The position numbers were made by a program, and so were the translations under genes. Under the pieces are notes generated by a model. The model was not told where the DNA came from. It made no database searches and saw only the letters and a program-made list of their open reading frames with translations. DNA of 64,000 bases from Blasia pusilla (taxonomy: Eukaryota). Position 1 is the stretch's first letter. The number at the start of each line of letters is the position of its first letter. Shown one piece after another: positions 62,800-64,000 of this stretch. The stretch covers positions 6,944,001-7,008,000 of the forward strand of contig CM114271.1 of NCBI GenBank assembly GCA_050084515.1, in the 5' to 3' direction.

Positions 62800-64000
62800 A
62801 AAACTGGATCCAACAAGGAAACGATGGCGCTGCCCGAGATGCAGCGCCACCAACGGGGGTGGAATGAACCAGCACATGTTATCCCACAAAGGTTGTCCCG
62901 CAATGGCATATTAGCCGCAATAGCGGAGCACGGTACACCATCGTGGCCGCCCCCAACATCGTACTCGACACATGCTCCTCTTGAGCATCAGCAATAGGAA
63001 TCGTCGCACTTGTTTCTCCCATTACCCTGCGTGCTTGCACACCAATAACATCACCAACTTTGCGGAACTCTGATTAGGACCCATCGATGGGGTCCTCATC
63101 GCCTCGGACAACGTGAAATTCTGAGGAAGCATGGCATGTTTCCTGGCTTCCTCTCGTTGTGGATCCAACTTTGCGGCTGCTCCACGCGTCACAACTGTGG
63201 CTGCCTCCATCTAGGCAATCCTGCACATCCAACCAGGATCCTCCATATCTTTGGCTGCTCCATATGATGTCGATGCCACAGATCCAGCATCGGGTAACCT
63301 CAATGCCATAGCGGCAATCTGCTCCTGTAGCTGTTGTATCTGAGTAGCCATCCCAACCTCACGCCCCGTGTCTCCCTCAATGTGTCTAGGTGGTGGGACT
63401 CTACCTCCTCCACGGGCAGCTCCAACACCCTGTCCGGAAACTCCAGCTCCTCGTCTCCCAACGAGACCACTTGGTGCATGATCTCTAGGCCCACCCAGAC
63501 CGGCTACTCGCTTTGATGCCCTCTCTGGCCCTCGATCCGGACATAACTCACGGTGTAAACTAAAACAATTGGCGCGTGTGTGACCATACCTTGTGCGTGC
63601 TCGAGCGCACGGGTACGCCCTTGATTGATCGCTCATCCCTCTGCCACCTCTTACCTTCATGCAAAAGCTATGTAGACGCGTCTGGTTGCGCATTTGCTTG
63701 TTGGTGCCTCCTTGCACCTGCTCTGCATCATCCTTGTTGTCAAAAGAGGCTGAGCTATCTTTGTGTTCTTGGCTTGGTGTTGTGATTTTTCCTTGTAACC
63801 TGATTGGGGCCTACATTTCTGATGCACTAAGTCCACGGCTCCTTGGGTGCAATAAAGTGTATAGGCGATGGAATAGTTCTTTGGTCTGAGTTCGGGTCTA
63901 TGGGTTGGCGGTTGCACTAAAAGCTGCCCTTGGAGCGGATGATCAGGCCCTCCACATCAGATTCATGGCAAGCTGCGGCTGCTAGGATGGCGGAGATGCC
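62800..64000 (-). mobile_element. Probable decayed gypsy gag region running off the window end
   Basis: Degenerate zinc knuckle (C.....YGHTRANC), RG-rich stretch, and FTLSEAMRTPSMGP resembling LFSAIELATLGVGP upstream of the protease in E3/E4. Confidence 0.45.

Overview
Eukaryotic land-plant DNA. A bryophyte-like source is inferred from the gene content and TE repertoire, not proven. About 49 kb is nested, mostly decayed transposons, followed by two intact, convergent, spliced host genes: very-long-chain enoyl-CoA reductase (ECR/CER10-like, +, 50194-52406) and photosystem II subunit PsbR (-, 54747-56361). The main signal is one Ty3/gypsy lineage present as four partial copies (E1 4370-13085, E2 3718-16721, E3 37281-~42640, E4 18321-~21600) plus a solo terminal unit (29467-30093). 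It has three unusual properties. (i) Its pol carries a DNMT3-like cytosine-5 methyltransferase between protease and RT, and a PHD finger after the integrase. (ii) It has no tRNA PBS; instead the PBS-position sequence is complementary to the predicted transcript 5' end, with different sequences in two subfamilies (Tf1-like self-priming). (iii) Its termini are permuted: sense B-internal-PPT-A-B-A, with TGTC...GACA ends and 4-bp TSDs. This is the structure expected if a circularised cDNA were opened at an att junction inside the LTR. The window also holds a conventional tRNA-Met-primed gypsy inserted inverted into its own solo LTR, CRE-like non-LTR retroelements (RT plus restriction-like endonuclease), a CACTA remnant, Helitron-like ends and microsatellites. 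Coordinates were read by eye and no database search was possible.
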